Source: Pantoea phage vB_PagS_AAS23
DNA length: 51,156 nucleotides
Sequence record: MK095606.1
Reading direction: 5' to 3' (one strand)
Part shown: one piece after another, positions 1 to 9,779 of the stretch
Layout of the letters: each line of letters starts with the position of its first letter
Numbering within the stretch: position 1 is the first letter of the stretch
Notes under the pieces: generated by a model
Databases searched by the model: none
What the model was told of the DNA's origin: nothing
Seen by the model: the letters and a program-made list of their open reading frames with translations, nothing else
Translations under genes and position numbers: made by a program

Positions 1-528
1 ATGAGCAGCAAAGAAACCAAAACAACTAAAGATTATCTTGAGTCTGGAAACTTCAAGGCTCTCTACAATAAGCAGTATGGAGACATCGCGAAGATCTCAA
101 AGCAAGCATCCATGACGCCGCAGCAGGTTTTTGAGCAGGCAGTTGCCTATTTCACCTGGGCTGAGTCGAACTCAATCAAGGCTGCTGAAACTGCATCCTT
201 CCAGGGTGAGGTTACTGAGAGCAAGATCCACAAGGTGCGCGTTTTCACCGTTACCGGCATGTGCCTGTACCTTGGAATCTCTAACAAGACCTTTGAAAGA
301 TGGCGCAGCATGGATGGCTACAGAGATGTTGCGGAGTGGATCGACTCGGTTATCTACGAGCAAAAGTTCCAGCTCGCAGTTAACGGGATCGTAAATTCAA
401 ACTTCATAGCTAAGGACATTGGCCTGGACAAGCCAACCACTATCAATGTGGAAGCCAATAATCAGTCAGTAAATGGCGAACAGCTTCAGGATGCCGTCAA
501 GTCAGTACTTGACCTGTTAGGGGGATAA
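1..528 (+). CDS. terS: terminase small subunit (DNA-packaging protein)
   Basis: 175 aa; directly upstream of terL; HTH-like segment 'MCLYLGISNKTFERWRSMDGY'. Confidence 0.75.
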   Translation: MSSKETKTTKDYLESGNFKALYNKQYGDIAKISKQASMTPQQVFEQAVAYFTWAESNSIKAAETASFQGEVTESKIHKVRVFTVTGMCLYLGISNKTFERWRSMDGYRDVAEWIDSVIYEQKFQLAVNGIVNSNFIAKDIGLDKPTTINVEANNQSVNGEQLQDAVKSVLDLLGG

Positions 529-529
529 T

Positions 530-2092
530 ATGCTTATCTGGGAAGAGTTAACGCCAGCGCAAAAGCTAGCGATAAAGGGTTTGAGCGAGCACTCATTTGA
601 AAAGATGATCCGCATCTGGTTTGAGCTTATTCAGGCGCAGAAGTTCCAACCAAACTGGCACCACGTTTACCTCTGTCATGAGGTGGAGGAAATCATTGCG
701 GGCCGCAGGAAGGACACGATCTTTAACGTAACTCCCGGCTCGGGCAAGACTGAGATATTCTCAATTCACCTTCCGCCATACGCTAAGATTAAGCTGCCCA
801 AGGTCAGGAATCTTAACCTGTCATTTGCTGACAGCCTGGTGAAACGAAACTCCAAGCGCGTGCGTGAAATCATTGCGTCGCGAGAGTGGCAGGAGCTTTG
901 GCCTTGCAAGTTTGCTACCGCGAAGGACGATGAGATCAAAATCCTAAACAAGGACGGGAAAACTTGGGCTGAAGTAATCTCAAAGGCGGCGGGAGGCCAG
1001 GTAACCGGTTCTCGTGGCGGATATATGACTGAGGGATTCTCCGGCATGGTCATGCTTGACGACATCGACAAGCCAGAGGATATGTTCTCGAAGGTGAAGC
1101 GCGAGAAGGTTCACACCATTCTCAGAAACACCATTCGATCACGCCGTATGAAAGACACTACGCCGATTATCGCGATTCAGCAGCGCCTGCACACTCAGGA
1201 TTCAACGTGGTTCATGATGAATGGAGGCATGGGTATTGAGTTCGATCAGATATCAATTCCGGCGATGGTTACTGAAGAGTATGGCGAATCACTTCCTGAT
1301 TGGTTAAAGCCCCACTTCGTCAAGGATGTGTTGTCTTCTGAATTTGTTGAGATCGATGGAGTTAAGCATTACTCGTTTTGGCCCGCGAAAGAGTCAATTC
1401 ACGATCTTATGAAGTTGCGGGAGGCTGACCCATACACGTTTGCATCTCAGTATCAGCAGGTTCCATTTGCGCTGGGTGGCAACGTCTTTAATAGCTCATG
1501 GTGGCAGTTCTACGGCACCTCAGACCGTTGCCTGGAGTTTGAGCCAGACCGTTACGATTACCGATTCATAACGGCGGATACCGCCCAAAAAACCAGCGAA
1601 CTTAACGACTACTCAGTTTTCATCCTATGGGGAAGGAAAGGCGACAAGGTTTACTTTATTGATGGCGTGCGCGGTAAGTGGGAGGCTCCTGAGCTGAGAA
1701 CTAACTTTGAAGCTTTCGTTAATCAGTCATGGCGCGAAAACAAAAACATGGGGACGTTAAGAAAAATCTACGTTGAGGATAAAGCGAGCGGTACGGGGCT
1801 TATTCAGGATCTTGCGAAAAAGACCCCGATAAAAATAACACCGCTGCAGCGAGATAAGGATAAGACTACTCGCGCCATGGATGCGCAGCCTGTAATCAAA
1901 GCTGGTCGCGTGGTGTTGCCGGACAATCATCCCCTTATAGCTGAGTTCCTGGCTGAACACGCAGCGTTCACGTATGATGATAGCCATAAGCACGATGACA
2001 TTGTTGATAACACCCTTGATGCCGTTAACATTGAACTAAACATTTCCACTAACCCTGTTGAGCGAATGAAAAAGCTGGCGGGCCTTGCTTAA
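530..2092 (+). CDS. terL: terminase large subunit
   Basis: Walker A 'NVTPGSGKTE', Walker B 'VMLDDID', nuclease-like 'FITADTA...DYSVFILWG'. Confidence 0.92.
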   Translation: MLIWEELTPAQKLAIKGLSEHSFEKMIRIWFELIQAQKFQPNWHHVYLCHEVEEIIAGRRKDTIFNVTPGSGKTEIFSIHLPPYAKIKLPKVRNLNLSFADSLVKRNSKRVREIIASREWQELWPCKFATAKDDEIKILNKDGKTWAEVISKAAGGQVTGSRGGYMTEGFSGMVMLDDIDKPEDMFSKVKREKVHTILRNTIRSRRMKDTTPIIAIQQRLHTQDSTWFMMNGGMGIEFDQISIPAMVTEEYGESLPDWLKPHFVKDVLSSEFVEIDGVKHYSFWPAKESIHDLMKLREADPYTFASQYQQVPFALGGNVFNSSWWQFYGTSDRCLEFEPDRYDYRFITADTAQKTSELNDYSVFILWGRKGDKVYFIDGVRGKWEAPELRTNFEAFVNQSWRENKNMGTLRKIYVEDKASGTGLIQDLAKKTPIKITPLQRDKDKTTRAMDAQPVIKAGRVVLPDNHPLIAEFLAEHAAFTYDDSHKHDDIVDNTLDAVNIELNISTNPVERMKKLAGLA

Positions 2093-2106
2093 ACTGTTTA
2101 TCATTG

Positions 2107-2131
2107 AGGCTGGATTATTCCAGCCTTTTTT
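2107..2131 (+). terminator. rho-independent terminator between terL and portal
   Basis: AGGCTGGA-TTAT-TCCAGCCT followed by T tract; perfect 8-bp stem. Confidence 0.85.
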
Positions 2132-2145
2132 ATTGGAGAAACAAA

Positions 2146-3471
2146 GTGGAAAAAGCAAAGGTAGTTAAGGTGGTAAAGGAGGACGGATACAACACCGTCT
2201 TTGGCCCTGATCGAAGCGAACAACATGTTAGTGCCGGTGGCTTTGAGGTGTACCATAGCACAGCATCCCTGTACGAAAGTAACGACATTGCTCGCCGCAT
2301 TGTGGATGTCGTCCCAGAGGAAATGGTTGCTCCCGGCTTCAAGATTAACGGCCTTGATGATGACAAGGAGTTTCGATCATTCTGGGAGGGTTTGCGCATG
2401 GATCAAAGTATCGTTGACCTTCTTTGCTGGGCGCGCCTATTTGGTCGGTCCGGAATGCTGGTCATGATTAACGATGGTCGCGCTCTGACAACTCCAGCCA
2501 CTGCTGGTGGAAAGATTGAGTCAGTCCGAGTTTATGAGGACTCAGAGTTTAAGATCGACTCATGGGAAACCAATCAGCGCAACCCTCGCTTTGGTCTGCC
2601 AAAGGTCTACTCGATCACATCGCAAGACGGCAGCTCGTTTAAAGTTCACTATACGCGATTCTATGTTCAGGACGGAAGACGCCGCCCTAACTCATCAAAG
2701 GATCGTCAGTCCGGAGGAGCCAGTGTTCTGTCACCATCCGTTGTTAATGCAGTGCTGGATTATTCAGAATGCCACCGCCTTGCAACTGAAATCCTTCGCC
2801 GCAAACAGCAGACCGTATGGAAGGCTAAAGGCCTGGCTGAATTGTGTGACGATAACGAAGGCGTGTATGCCGCCAGGCTTAGACTTGCGCAGGTGTCAAA
2901 TAACTCAGGTGTTGGCAAGCCCATTGGGATTGATGCTGAAGATGAGGAGTACGACATCTTAAACAGCGACATTTCTGGCATCCCTGAGTTCTTATCTACA
3001 AAGATGGATCGCATTGTTGAGCTAACCGGCATTCACGAGATCATCTTACGGAACAAGAATACAGGTGGGGTTAGCGCAAGTCAGAATACCGCACTTCAGA
3101 CTTTCTATAAGCTGATTGAGCGCGAGCGCAAAGATAACCTGCATCCCGTTCTTGAGTTCCTGTTGCCTTTCGTGATCGATGAAGAGGAGTGGTCTATTGA
3201 GTTTGAACCGCTATCAATTCCATCAGACAAGGAAAAAGCTGAGGTTCTTGGTTTGGTGTCGAAAGCTCTTACCGAATTACTTGATAACCAGACTATTGAT
3301 GTTGAGGAGTCTCGTGATACGGTTGAGTCAATGAACATGGGGATCAAGCTGAAGGCCAACCCCGGACCACTGCCAACGAGAGAGGATGCTGAAGAGGCTC
3401 GCCAGCAGCAGATCGAAGCAGAAAAACAAAACCAGGGGATAAGCAAAGATGAGAATCAGTCAGGTAGTTAA
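2146..3471 (+). CDS. portal protein, DUF1073-like
   Basis: Start set to GTG 2146 (ggagaa at 2135-2140), because the ORF-track TTG 2104 lies before/in the terminator hairpin; portal-like sequence and position. Confidence 0.85.
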   Translation: MEKAKVVKVVKEDGYNTVFGPDRSEQHVSAGGFEVYHSTASLYESNDIARRIVDVVPEEMVAPGFKINGLDDDKEFRSFWEGLRMDQSIVDLLCWARLFGRSGMLVMINDGRALTTPATAGGKIESVRVYEDSEFKIDSWETNQRNPRFGLPKVYSITSQDGSSFKVHYTRFYVQDGRRRPNSSKDRQSGGASVLSPSVVNAVLDYSECHRLATEILRRKQQTVWKAKGLAELCDDNEGVYAARLRLAQVSNNSGVGKPIGIDAEDEEYDILNSDISGIPEFLSTKMDRIVELTGIHEIILRNKNTGGVSASQNTALQTFYKLIERERKDNLHPVLEFLLPFVIDEEEWSIEFEPLSIPSDKEKAEVLGLVSKALTELLDNQTIDVEESRDTVESMNMGIKLKANPGPLPTREDAEEARQQQIEAEKQNQGISKDENQSGS

Positions 3472-4210
3472 GCCGTGGCGATTCCCTGAAGCTAGCGAGC
3501 GGGCTTTGGCCCGCTCCATGCAGCAGGCTGTTGACCAGGCGATTGAGGTAATGAAGGTCCGAGCCGCACGCCTGAAGTTTGATGCTACGGATGAGGAGAT
3601 AGAAAAGGAAGAGAATGAGGCGGAGGCGGAAATTATCGCTATATTCCTCGGTCTTCTGGCTCTGGTTTCCAAGCTGGGATGGTCGATTTACACCTTCAAC
3701 ACTCAACAATTCCTGATCATGGCGATGTCAACTGGAGGTAAAGATAACCCGGCAGTGGCATTGCTTAATCAAACAGGTGCCAAAGGTTTGGAACCATGGT
3801 TCCAGGAGAAAACCAAACTCTGGCAGACGTCAACCCAGAATGCTCTGGTTAAGTTGGCGAGAGACATATTCTCTGATTGGTCAGGCCATATAAGGCTGGC
3901 AGCTCAGCAGGAGCAGAGTGCGGAGGTTGTTCAGGAACGACTGAAGTTAAGATACAGCGCCTATTCCGGCTGGTCAGCAAACAGGGCATCAGGTATAATC
4001 GGCACGTTCAACAGCGCCCTAATGAAGCAGCGGTTAAAGGATGTTAACGTTAGCCGGTACATCTGGCGCGGCAGAATGGATGACAGGGAGCGAGATAGCC
4101 ATATTGCACTTGAGAAAAAGTCTCGTGATGTAAGTGAATTTCCGTTCCCAGGTGAAGAATATAACTGCCGGTGCTGGGCTGTTCCAGACTGGAAATCAAG
4201 ATACAGATAA
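3449..4210 (+). CDS. phage head morphogenesis protein (MuF-like)
   Basis: C-terminal 'SRYIWRGRMDDRERDSH...EYNCRCWAVPDW' is typical of MuF minor head proteins. Confidence 0.85.
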   Translation: MRISQVVKPWRFPEASERALARSMQQAVDQAIEVMKVRAARLKFDATDEEIEKEENEAEAEIIAIFLGLLALVSKLGWSIYTFNTQQFLIMAMSTGGKDNPAVALLNQTGAKGLEPWFQEKTKLWQTSTQNALVKLARDIFSDWSGHIRLAAQQEQSAEVVQERLKLRYSAYSGWSANRASGIIGTFNSALMKQRLKDVNVSRYIWRGRMDDRERDSHIALEKKSRDVSEFPFPGEEYNCRCWAVPDWKSRYR

Positions 4211-4219
4211 GGTGATAAA

Positions 4220-5329
4220 ATGAAAAAGGTACAACGTTTTGATAGCGCCAGAGTGCGCGCCAGATTCGATGACAACGGCTTTATGATTGATGAGCCAATC
4301 GTTGCCAGAATCGGCTTGCAGGTCTACCAGACCGCTACAGGCGGTGAGCGTCGTGAGTTCCGTCCAGCTTCTGAAGTATTTAAGGCTGAGTCTCTCGCAT
4401 CTTACCAGGGAAAGCCAATTACCCTCGGGCATAAAGTGGTTACCTCCAAAAACGCAAAAGCAGTTGTCGTTGGTGCCTGCGCCGGTCCTGGCAAACAAGA
4501 TGGGGTTGGCGTTGGCGTGCCGGTTGTGGTTTACGATGAGGACTCAATCAGCAAAGCCAAAAAGAAGATCGCTGCTGAATTATCTGTTGGCTACACCTCA
4601 GTTGATATTGAGGAACCAGGGTGGGGATGCAATGAAACTGGCGAGTACATTCTTGACAGCCAGAAGAATGACGCAGATCACATACCGGCAAGCTGGGTTC
4701 GTTTTGATGCAGTCCAGACTGAAATCGAAGTCAACCATGTAGCTATGGTATTCAAAGGACGTGCTGGCATTGCTAAATTAAATCTTGATAGTGAACAAGA
4801 GTTCCCGTATGATCAATCCGTAATTAACCCACAGAAAAAAAAGGATGAGAACATGAAAACCATTAAGATCGATGGCGTAGATTTCGAGGTTGCTCCTGAA
4901 ATTGCCGCGCACATTGCAACTATTGGCGCTGCCGCACAGACCGCAGCCGCTGAGCGAGATCAGCTTAAGGCGAAAGCGGACGCATTCCCTACTGAGCTTC
5001 AGACTGCAGTAGCCGCAGCAGTAGCAAAAGCAAAAGCTGATGCTGAAGAGCATTCTGCGCTGGTAACATTCGCGAATGAGATCGGCATTAAGGCTGATGG
5101 CCTTTCTGACAAGGACATTAAGTTGGCATGCATCAAGCAGTTGTCCGGCGTTTGTGCTAAAGATAAGGCTGATGCCTATATCGATACTTCATTTGATTTG
5201 GTGAAAAACTCTGATATGATGGGCGCTAATCGCTTGTCTGTTATGGGTGGCAATGGCGGCAAACCTGCTAAAAAGGATGACGCACAGGAAACCAAGATCC
5301 CGGATCAGGCAAAACGCTTCCGTAAGTAA
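4220..5329 (+). CDS. DUF2213-like prohead protease/scaffold fusion
   Basis: N-terminal protease-like region, then Ala/Lys/Glu-rich helical scaffold-like C-terminal half, upstream of capsid. Confidence 0.75.
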   Translation: MKKVQRFDSARVRARFDDNGFMIDEPIVARIGLQVYQTATGGERREFRPASEVFKAESLASYQGKPITLGHKVVTSKNAKAVVVGACAGPGKQDGVGVGVPVVVYDEDSISKAKKKIAAELSVGYTSVDIEEPGWGCNETGEYILDSQKNDADHIPASWVRFDAVQTEIEVNHVAMVFKGRAGIAKLNLDSEQEFPYDQSVINPQKKKDENMKTIKIDGVDFEVAPEIAAHIATIGAAAQTAAAERDQLKAKADAFPTELQTAVAAAVAKAKADAEEHSALVTFANEIGIKADGLSDKDIKLACIKQLSGVCAKDKADAYIDTSFDLVKNSDMMGANRLSVMGGNGGKPAKKDDAQETKIPDQAKRFRK

Positions 5330-5381
5330 TACCACTCAGGGGGATTGATTTCCCCCAACTTAAAATAATGGAGTAAAGAAA

Positions 5382-5897
5382 ATGCCTTTAATCAAAGCGT
5401 CTTATACTGTCAATCGCGGCCAGGCTTATGCAGGCCAGATTGCTGATACATCCCTCTACAACATCGACGGCACTTGCGCGCACAACCCAAACGCAACCGC
5501 AAATCTGCAGATCGGTCGTCTGGTATCCGTGCTTTCGGTTCAGCCAATCGAAGGTCACAAGGTTGTTGCTCAGGGAGCGCCAGCAAGCTCTAAGCCTCTG
5601 GGAATCGCGGTAATGTCTGGTGTTTATTCTCCTGGTGGTGAATATGAACCAGGTATCGCAGTTAACGTCATGACTCATGGCCGGGTTTGGGTTCTTGCTG
5701 CTGCAGCATTAACTGATGCTCAGGCTGCGTTTGACAACCCGGTAACGTTCAACGCTGAGGGCGTGGTTGTTAACGGCGGCGCTGTTGCCACTGGCTGGAA
5801 GTTTACCGGCGAAGTGCTGGCTTCAACTGATCCGGCTTACAAGCTGGTTAAAATCCAGGTACTGCAGAGTGCAACTGCCCCTGCTGCTGGTGCGTAA
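5382..5897 (+). CDS. structural protein, possible head decoration/cement protein
   Basis: Position before major capsid; Ala/Gly-rich beta-type sequence. Confidence 0.5.
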   Translation: MPLIKASYTVNRGQAYAGQIADTSLYNIDGTCAHNPNATANLQIGRLVSVLSVQPIEGHKVVAQGAPASSKPLGIAVMSGVYSPGGEYEPGIAVNVMTHGRVWVLAAAALTDAQAAFDNPVTFNAEGVVVNGGAVATGWKFTGEVLASTDPAYKLVKIQVLQSATAPAAGA

Positions 5898-5900
5898 TGA

Positions 5901-5924
5901 AAAAAGGGCTTCGGCCCTTTTTTT
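5901..5924 (+). terminator. rho-independent terminator
   Basis: AAAAAGGGC-TTCG-GCCCTTTTTTT. Confidence 0.9.
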
Positions 5925-5944
5925 ATGTGATTCATAAAATTCTG

Positions 5945-5972
5945 TTGCCTGCTTAGCAAATAGTGCTATTAT
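5945..5972 (+). promoter_or_regulatory. capsid-gene promoter with operator palindrome inside the spacer
   Basis: TTGCCT-16-TATTAT; spacer contains TTAGCAAATAGTGCTA (5953-5968), reverse complement of the genome-wide TAGCAC..TTGCTA site. Confidence 0.7.
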
Positions 5973-6016
5973 AAGCGCGTGCCAAACAATTCTATTCACA
6001 GGAAAGGAAGAAAAAA

Positions 6017-6961
6017 ATGACCATGAAATTAGACTCATTTGAGCAAAATGAAATCACCATTGGCTTGCGCAAGATGGGGATCGGTGCAGAAAAGGCTGAC
6101 GCTGTTGGCTTGTGGACCGTTGAGCAGATGAAGCAAGTTTTGACTCGTCAGTATGAGGCGTCTTACCCTCAAACCAGCGCGCTGGCACTGTTCCCGGTCA
6201 CAACCGAGCTGAGCCGCACAACCAATACTTTCGAATATCGCTCATTCGATGGCGTTACGTCAGCCAAAATCATTGCTGATTACACTGACGATCTGCCAAC
6301 CGTTGAGGCGATGTCAACACCCGAAACTGGTCGCGTGCATCGCCTGGGTAACGCATGGCTGATCTCTGGTGATGAAATCGAAGTTGGCGCGGCGCTGGGT
6401 AGCTCACTGTCGGATCGTAAAGCCTCACTGGCTCGCGAAGGCCACGAAACTCTGGTTAACCGCCTGGTGTTTAAAGGCTCCGCCCCTCATAAAATCATTT
6501 CGGTGTTCAATCACCCTAACGTCACGCGTATTACTTCCGCTGGCTGGGGTACTGATCCTGAAGTGGCTAATGATGAGCTGGAGGATCTGATTGAGCAGAT
6601 CGAAACCATCACCAATGGTCAGAACCGCGTGACTGATATCGTAGTTCCGCCTTCTAAGCGTCGCCTGCTCGCTAAGCGTATGCCTGAAACTACTGAGTCA
6701 TACCTCAGCTATTTCCAGAAGCAGAACAGCGGCATTACTTTCTCCTCTATCGCAGAGCTGGAAGACATTGACGGCGCAGGCACTAAAGCGGTGCTGGCAT
6801 ATGAGAAAAACCCTCTCAATATGTCCATTGAGATCCCGGAGCCTTTCCACATGCTCCCAATGCAGCCGAAGGACTTGCACTTTAAAGTGCCTTGCACTTC
6901 CAAAGCAACGGGCCTCATTGTTTATCGTCCTCTGACTATTGCAATGCTCGTAGGCGTGTAA
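6017..6961 (+). CDS. major capsid protein, DUF2184-like
   Basis: 315 aa; capsid-like motifs 'SKRRLLAKRMPET', 'AYEKNPLNMSIEIPEPF...HFKVPCTSKATGLIVYRPL'. Confidence 0.85.
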   Translation: MTMKLDSFEQNEITIGLRKMGIGAEKADAVGLWTVEQMKQVLTRQYEASYPQTSALALFPVTTELSRTTNTFEYRSFDGVTSAKIIADYTDDLPTVEAMSTPETGRVHRLGNAWLISGDEIEVGAALGSSLSDRKASLAREGHETLVNRLVFKGSAPHKIISVFNHPNVTRITSAGWGTDPEVANDELEDLIEQIETITNGQNRVTDIVVPPSKRRLLAKRMPETTESYLSYFQKQNSGITFSSIAELEDIDGAGTKAVLAYEKNPLNMSIEIPEPFHMLPMQPKDLHFKVPCTSKATGLIVYRPLTIAMLVGV

Positions 6962-6966
6962 TAATA

Positions 6967-6997
6967 TAGCCTCACTTGTTAAGAGTGGGGCTTTTTC
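6967..6997 (+). terminator. rho-independent terminator
   Basis: AGCCTCAC...GTGGGGCT-TTTT (one G.U). Confidence 0.75.
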
Positions 6998-7021
6998 ATT
7001 TAATCAATCAAGAGGTGTAAA

Positions 7022-7363
7022 ATGGCTACTAAAACCAATAAAACTAAAGACGCGTCAGAAGAAATCAGCTCGCAGAATACCGAGCTTAAGCCTGGTGAAG
7101 GCGAAGTTATCGTAAAGGTGACCGGCGCTTGCCTGGTTAAGTTTGGCGGTGAAAAGTACGTGCATGACAACGAATTTATCGCGAAAGCTGAAGATCTTAA
7201 GTCAAAGGGTGTAGGTTATCTCTTCGCTAACAACATCCTGAAAGTGAAAGATGATGAAAAAATGACGCGTGAAATTATTGAGCGTCACCGCGAAAACGCG
7301 AAGAAAGACCCCAACGCTGGCAAATCTCTGGAAGAGCTGGAAACCGGGCAAGAAATTAAGTAA
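7022..7363 (+). CDS. hypothetical head-region protein
   Basis: ORF with SD between capsid and connector genes. Confidence 0.6.
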   Translation: MATKTNKTKDASEEISSQNTELKPGEGEVIVKVTGACLVKFGGEKYVHDNEFIAKAEDLKSKGVGYLFANNILKVKDDEKMTREIIERHRENAKKDPNAGKSLEELETGQEIK

Positions 7364-7366
7364 GAT

Positions 7367-7392
7367 TAAGGGCGCATATTGCGCCCTTTTTT
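7367..7392 (+). terminator. rho-independent terminator
   Basis: AAGGGCGCA-TAT-TGCGCCCTT-TTTT. Confidence 0.85.
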
Positions 7393-7406
7393 AATGGAGA
7401 AAAATC

Positions 7407-7796
7407 ATGAACGATGAAATCATTGATACCATCATCCGGATCGCCCCGCCCTTCGCTAAAGTTCCGCGCGTAAATATTGAGGCGTGGGTTGAAATGGCTG
7501 AAATGTTCGTTTGCTCCACCCGATTTAAAGATCGATACCCCAAAGCAATGGCGCTTTATACTCTTCACCTTATGACTCTTGATGGAGCAGCGAAGGGAGA
7601 AAAAGAGAGTGTCGCTGATTACTCGCGCCGCCTGGCAAGCTTCACGCTTTCAGGTGAGTTTTCTCAAACCTTCGCATCCCTGAGTGGTGACTCAAAATCG
7701 ATCAGGAACACCCCTTGGGGCAAAATGTACGAGGCTCTAAATCGAAAGATGGGCGGCGGGTTTGGCCTAATTACTACACCTCGCGGGGGATGCTAA
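7407..7796 (+). CDS. head-tail connector, DUF4054-like
   Basis: 'AMALYTLHLMTLDGAAKG...GPW/TPWGKMYEAL'-type sequence and position. Confidence 0.7.
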   Translation: MNDEIIDTIIRIAPPFAKVPRVNIEAWVEMAEMFVCSTRFKDRYPKAMALYTLHLMTLDGAAKGEKESVADYSRRLASFTLSGEFSQTFASLSGDSKSIRNTPWGKMYEALNRKMGGGFGLITTPRGGC

Positions 7797-7797
7797 A

Positions 7798-8169
7798 ATG
7801 AATTATGACGAAATAAGGGCAATGGCATCTTCTGGCATTGATTACTTTTCCGATGGTGACGGTGAGTTCGTTTTAATCATCTCTGCAGGCGGAATTAAAA
7901 TAGTGAACGGCAAGGAGGTTAAAACTCCAGAGGTTCTCGCAGTAGCTAAAGGACTGGTCCGTGATGTTAATGACAGAGACATCAATGGCGAGTCAATCCT
8001 AGCGGGAGATAAGCGTGGCATCTTCAACGCAGATCAACCAATCAGCAAGGGAATGAGAATCATTGTTGATGATGAGCATTATGTTGTGGTTAACGCTCGC
8101 GCGATAAAGCCAACTGGCACAGTGGTTGCTTATCGCCCGATACTTAGGAGAATCGCCGTAAATGGCTAA
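7798..8169 (+). CDS. putative head closure/connector protein
   Basis: Position and size. Confidence 0.5.
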   Translation: MNYDEIRAMASSGIDYFSDGDGEFVLIISAGGIKIVNGKEVKTPEVLAVAKGLVRDVNDRDINGESILAGDKRGIFNADQPISKGMRIIVDDEHYVVVNARAIKPTGTVVAYRPILRRIAVNG

Positions 8170-8596
8170 TTACACGATCAGGAAGTTTGAGGCGGATGTT
8201 GATGCGTGGATTGAGGCCGCTGAGCAAAACTTGCTCTATGTTGTTGAGGCATCTTGCGAGGCGGTACTCAGAGATCTTGTTATGCTGTCACCAGTTGACA
8301 CGGGCCGGTTTAAAGGTAATTGGCAGATCACCTTTAATGAGCCTGCATTCTATGCCCTGAACGAGTATGACAAGGAAGGCGGGAAGACCATTAATTCCGG
8401 ACGCCGCGCGCTTAGTGTTTACGCCTCAACAAAGGGCGCAGGAATAACGTCAATTTACTTCTCCAACATGCTAATCTATGCAAATGCTCTTGAGCATGGT
8501 CATTCACAGCAAGCGCCAGCGGGCGTATTGGGGATTGTCGCCGTAAGGCTGAGGTATTATTTTGCTTTCGCCGTGCGCGAAGCAAGGAGCAGGTAA
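8162..8596 (+). CDS. HK97 gp10-like tail completion protein
   Basis: 'VMLSPVDTGRFKGNWQITFNEP...YALNEYDKEGGKTI'. Confidence 0.75.
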   Translation: MANYTIRKFEADVDAWIEAAEQNLLYVVEASCEAVLRDLVMLSPVDTGRFKGNWQITFNEPAFYALNEYDKEGGKTINSGRRALSVYASTKGAGITSIYFSNMLIYANALEHGHSQQAPAGVLGIVAVRLRYYFAFAVREARSR

Positions 8597-9024
8597 TGCA
8601 CTATGAATTATACCAGGCGGCTCAGGAAGCTCTGTTTAAGTGGTTCGGAAATTCATACCGGATCATGACAGAGAACAGCGAATTTACTCCGCCTGCAGAT
8701 GGTAGTCCATGGCTTAAATTTGACTACCTTGAAGCAGCAACAATGACTGTTTCGCTTGACAGAAAATGCAAGGTTTATCTGGGTATCGCTCAGGTTGGCG
8801 TTGTCTTCTCTCCCGGCGCAGGCGTCAACGATGCAAGAAAGATTGCCGATGATGTAGCAAAAGCAGCGTTAGATGGTATAATGCTATCGGTCACTGACGG
8901 TAATGGGGAGAATCCCGTTGAGGTTGGTTACATCGTTGAAGGCGGTGAAGTCCGCCCGGTACAAAAGCATAATAGCGGCTGGATGATTCCCGTTCGCTTC
9001 ACAGTTCGCGCAGAGTCGCACTAA
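8596..9024 (+). CDS. tail terminator/completion protein, DUF4128-like
   Basis: Position after gp10-like gene; size; 'PWLKFDYLEA...GIAQVGVVFSPG'. Confidence 0.65.
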   Translation: MHYELYQAAQEALFKWFGNSYRIMTENSEFTPPADGSPWLKFDYLEAATMTVSLDRKCKVYLGIAQVGVVFSPGAGVNDARKIADDVAKAALDGIMLSVTDGNGENPVEVGYIVEGGEVRPVQKHNSGWMIPVRFTVRAESH

Positions 9025-9038
9025 TAGAGGGTTTTAAA

Positions 9039-9695
9039 ATGCACTTACCTAATGGAGCACAAATTTTTATCGAGGCTGGTCGTGGCGATGAGATTGCTGT
9101 TACCGCAATCACCAACGCAAAAGATCCGGTCTTCACTGTCGAAAGTGCTGAAGATCTGGCTGTTGGTGATTACATCCTGATCACCTCAACAACCTGGGGC
9201 AAGTTGGCTGATCTGCAATTGCGAATCAAAGCCATTGCTGGCACGTCCGTAACTGTTGAGTCAATCGACACTACGAGCGTTAACCAGTTCCCGCTGGGCG
9301 GAACCGCGACAATCGTTCCGGTTAACCAGTGGATTGAGATCCCATGCGTTCAGGATTTGGCTCAGGACGGCGGCGAGCAGCAGTATTACAACTATCAGTG
9401 TCTTGCTGATGATCGCGAGCAGCAGTTACCAACGTTTAAATCAGCAGTTTCCCTGACCTACACATTCGCGCATGAATTTGATAACCTGCTCTATCCGGTG
9501 CTTAAAGCAGCAGATGACAGCGGCGAAGTTAAAGCCCTGCGCATGTACGTGCCAAAGGCCCGAGAAATGCGCATGTATTCTGGCGTTCTGTCTTTCAATG
9601 ACATCCCGCAGACTGCCATGAACGAAATGGAAACCGTTAGCCTGGCGGTAGCTCTGAAAGGTCGATTCATCTCAGTCGCGTCAAACGAAAGTTAA
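9039..9695 (+). CDS. major tail tube protein
   Basis: Size, position before chaperones, 'CLADDREQQLPTFKSAVSLTYTFAHEFDN'. Confidence 0.75.
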   Translation: MHLPNGAQIFIEAGRGDEIAVTAITNAKDPVFTVESAEDLAVGDYILITSTTWGKLADLQLRIKAIAGTSVTVESIDTTSVNQFPLGGTATIVPVNQWIEIPCVQDLAQDGGEQQYYNYQCLADDREQQLPTFKSAVSLTYTFAHEFDNLLYPVLKAADDSGEVKALRMYVPKAREMRMYSGVLSFNDIPQTAMNEMETVSLAVALKGRFISVASNES

Positions 9696-9700
9696 TTATA

Positions 9701-9728
9701 AAAGGGGGCTTGCGCCTCCTTTTTTTTT
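9701..9728 (+). terminator. rho-independent terminator
   Basis: AAAGGGGGC-TTGC-GCCTCCTTT plus T10. Confidence 0.85.
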
Positions 9729-9779
9729 CGTCCATAATCCTCACAACAAAAACAAACCACGCAAAACAGAGGTAACACC

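Noticed and set aside
766-1071. Antisense ORFs such as 766..1071, 10612..10851, 14053..14409, 16861..17504, 24026..24241, 25842..26183, 29461..29643
   Set aside because: Opposite or alternate-frame shadows of strongly supported genes, lacking SD context and recognisable protein features.
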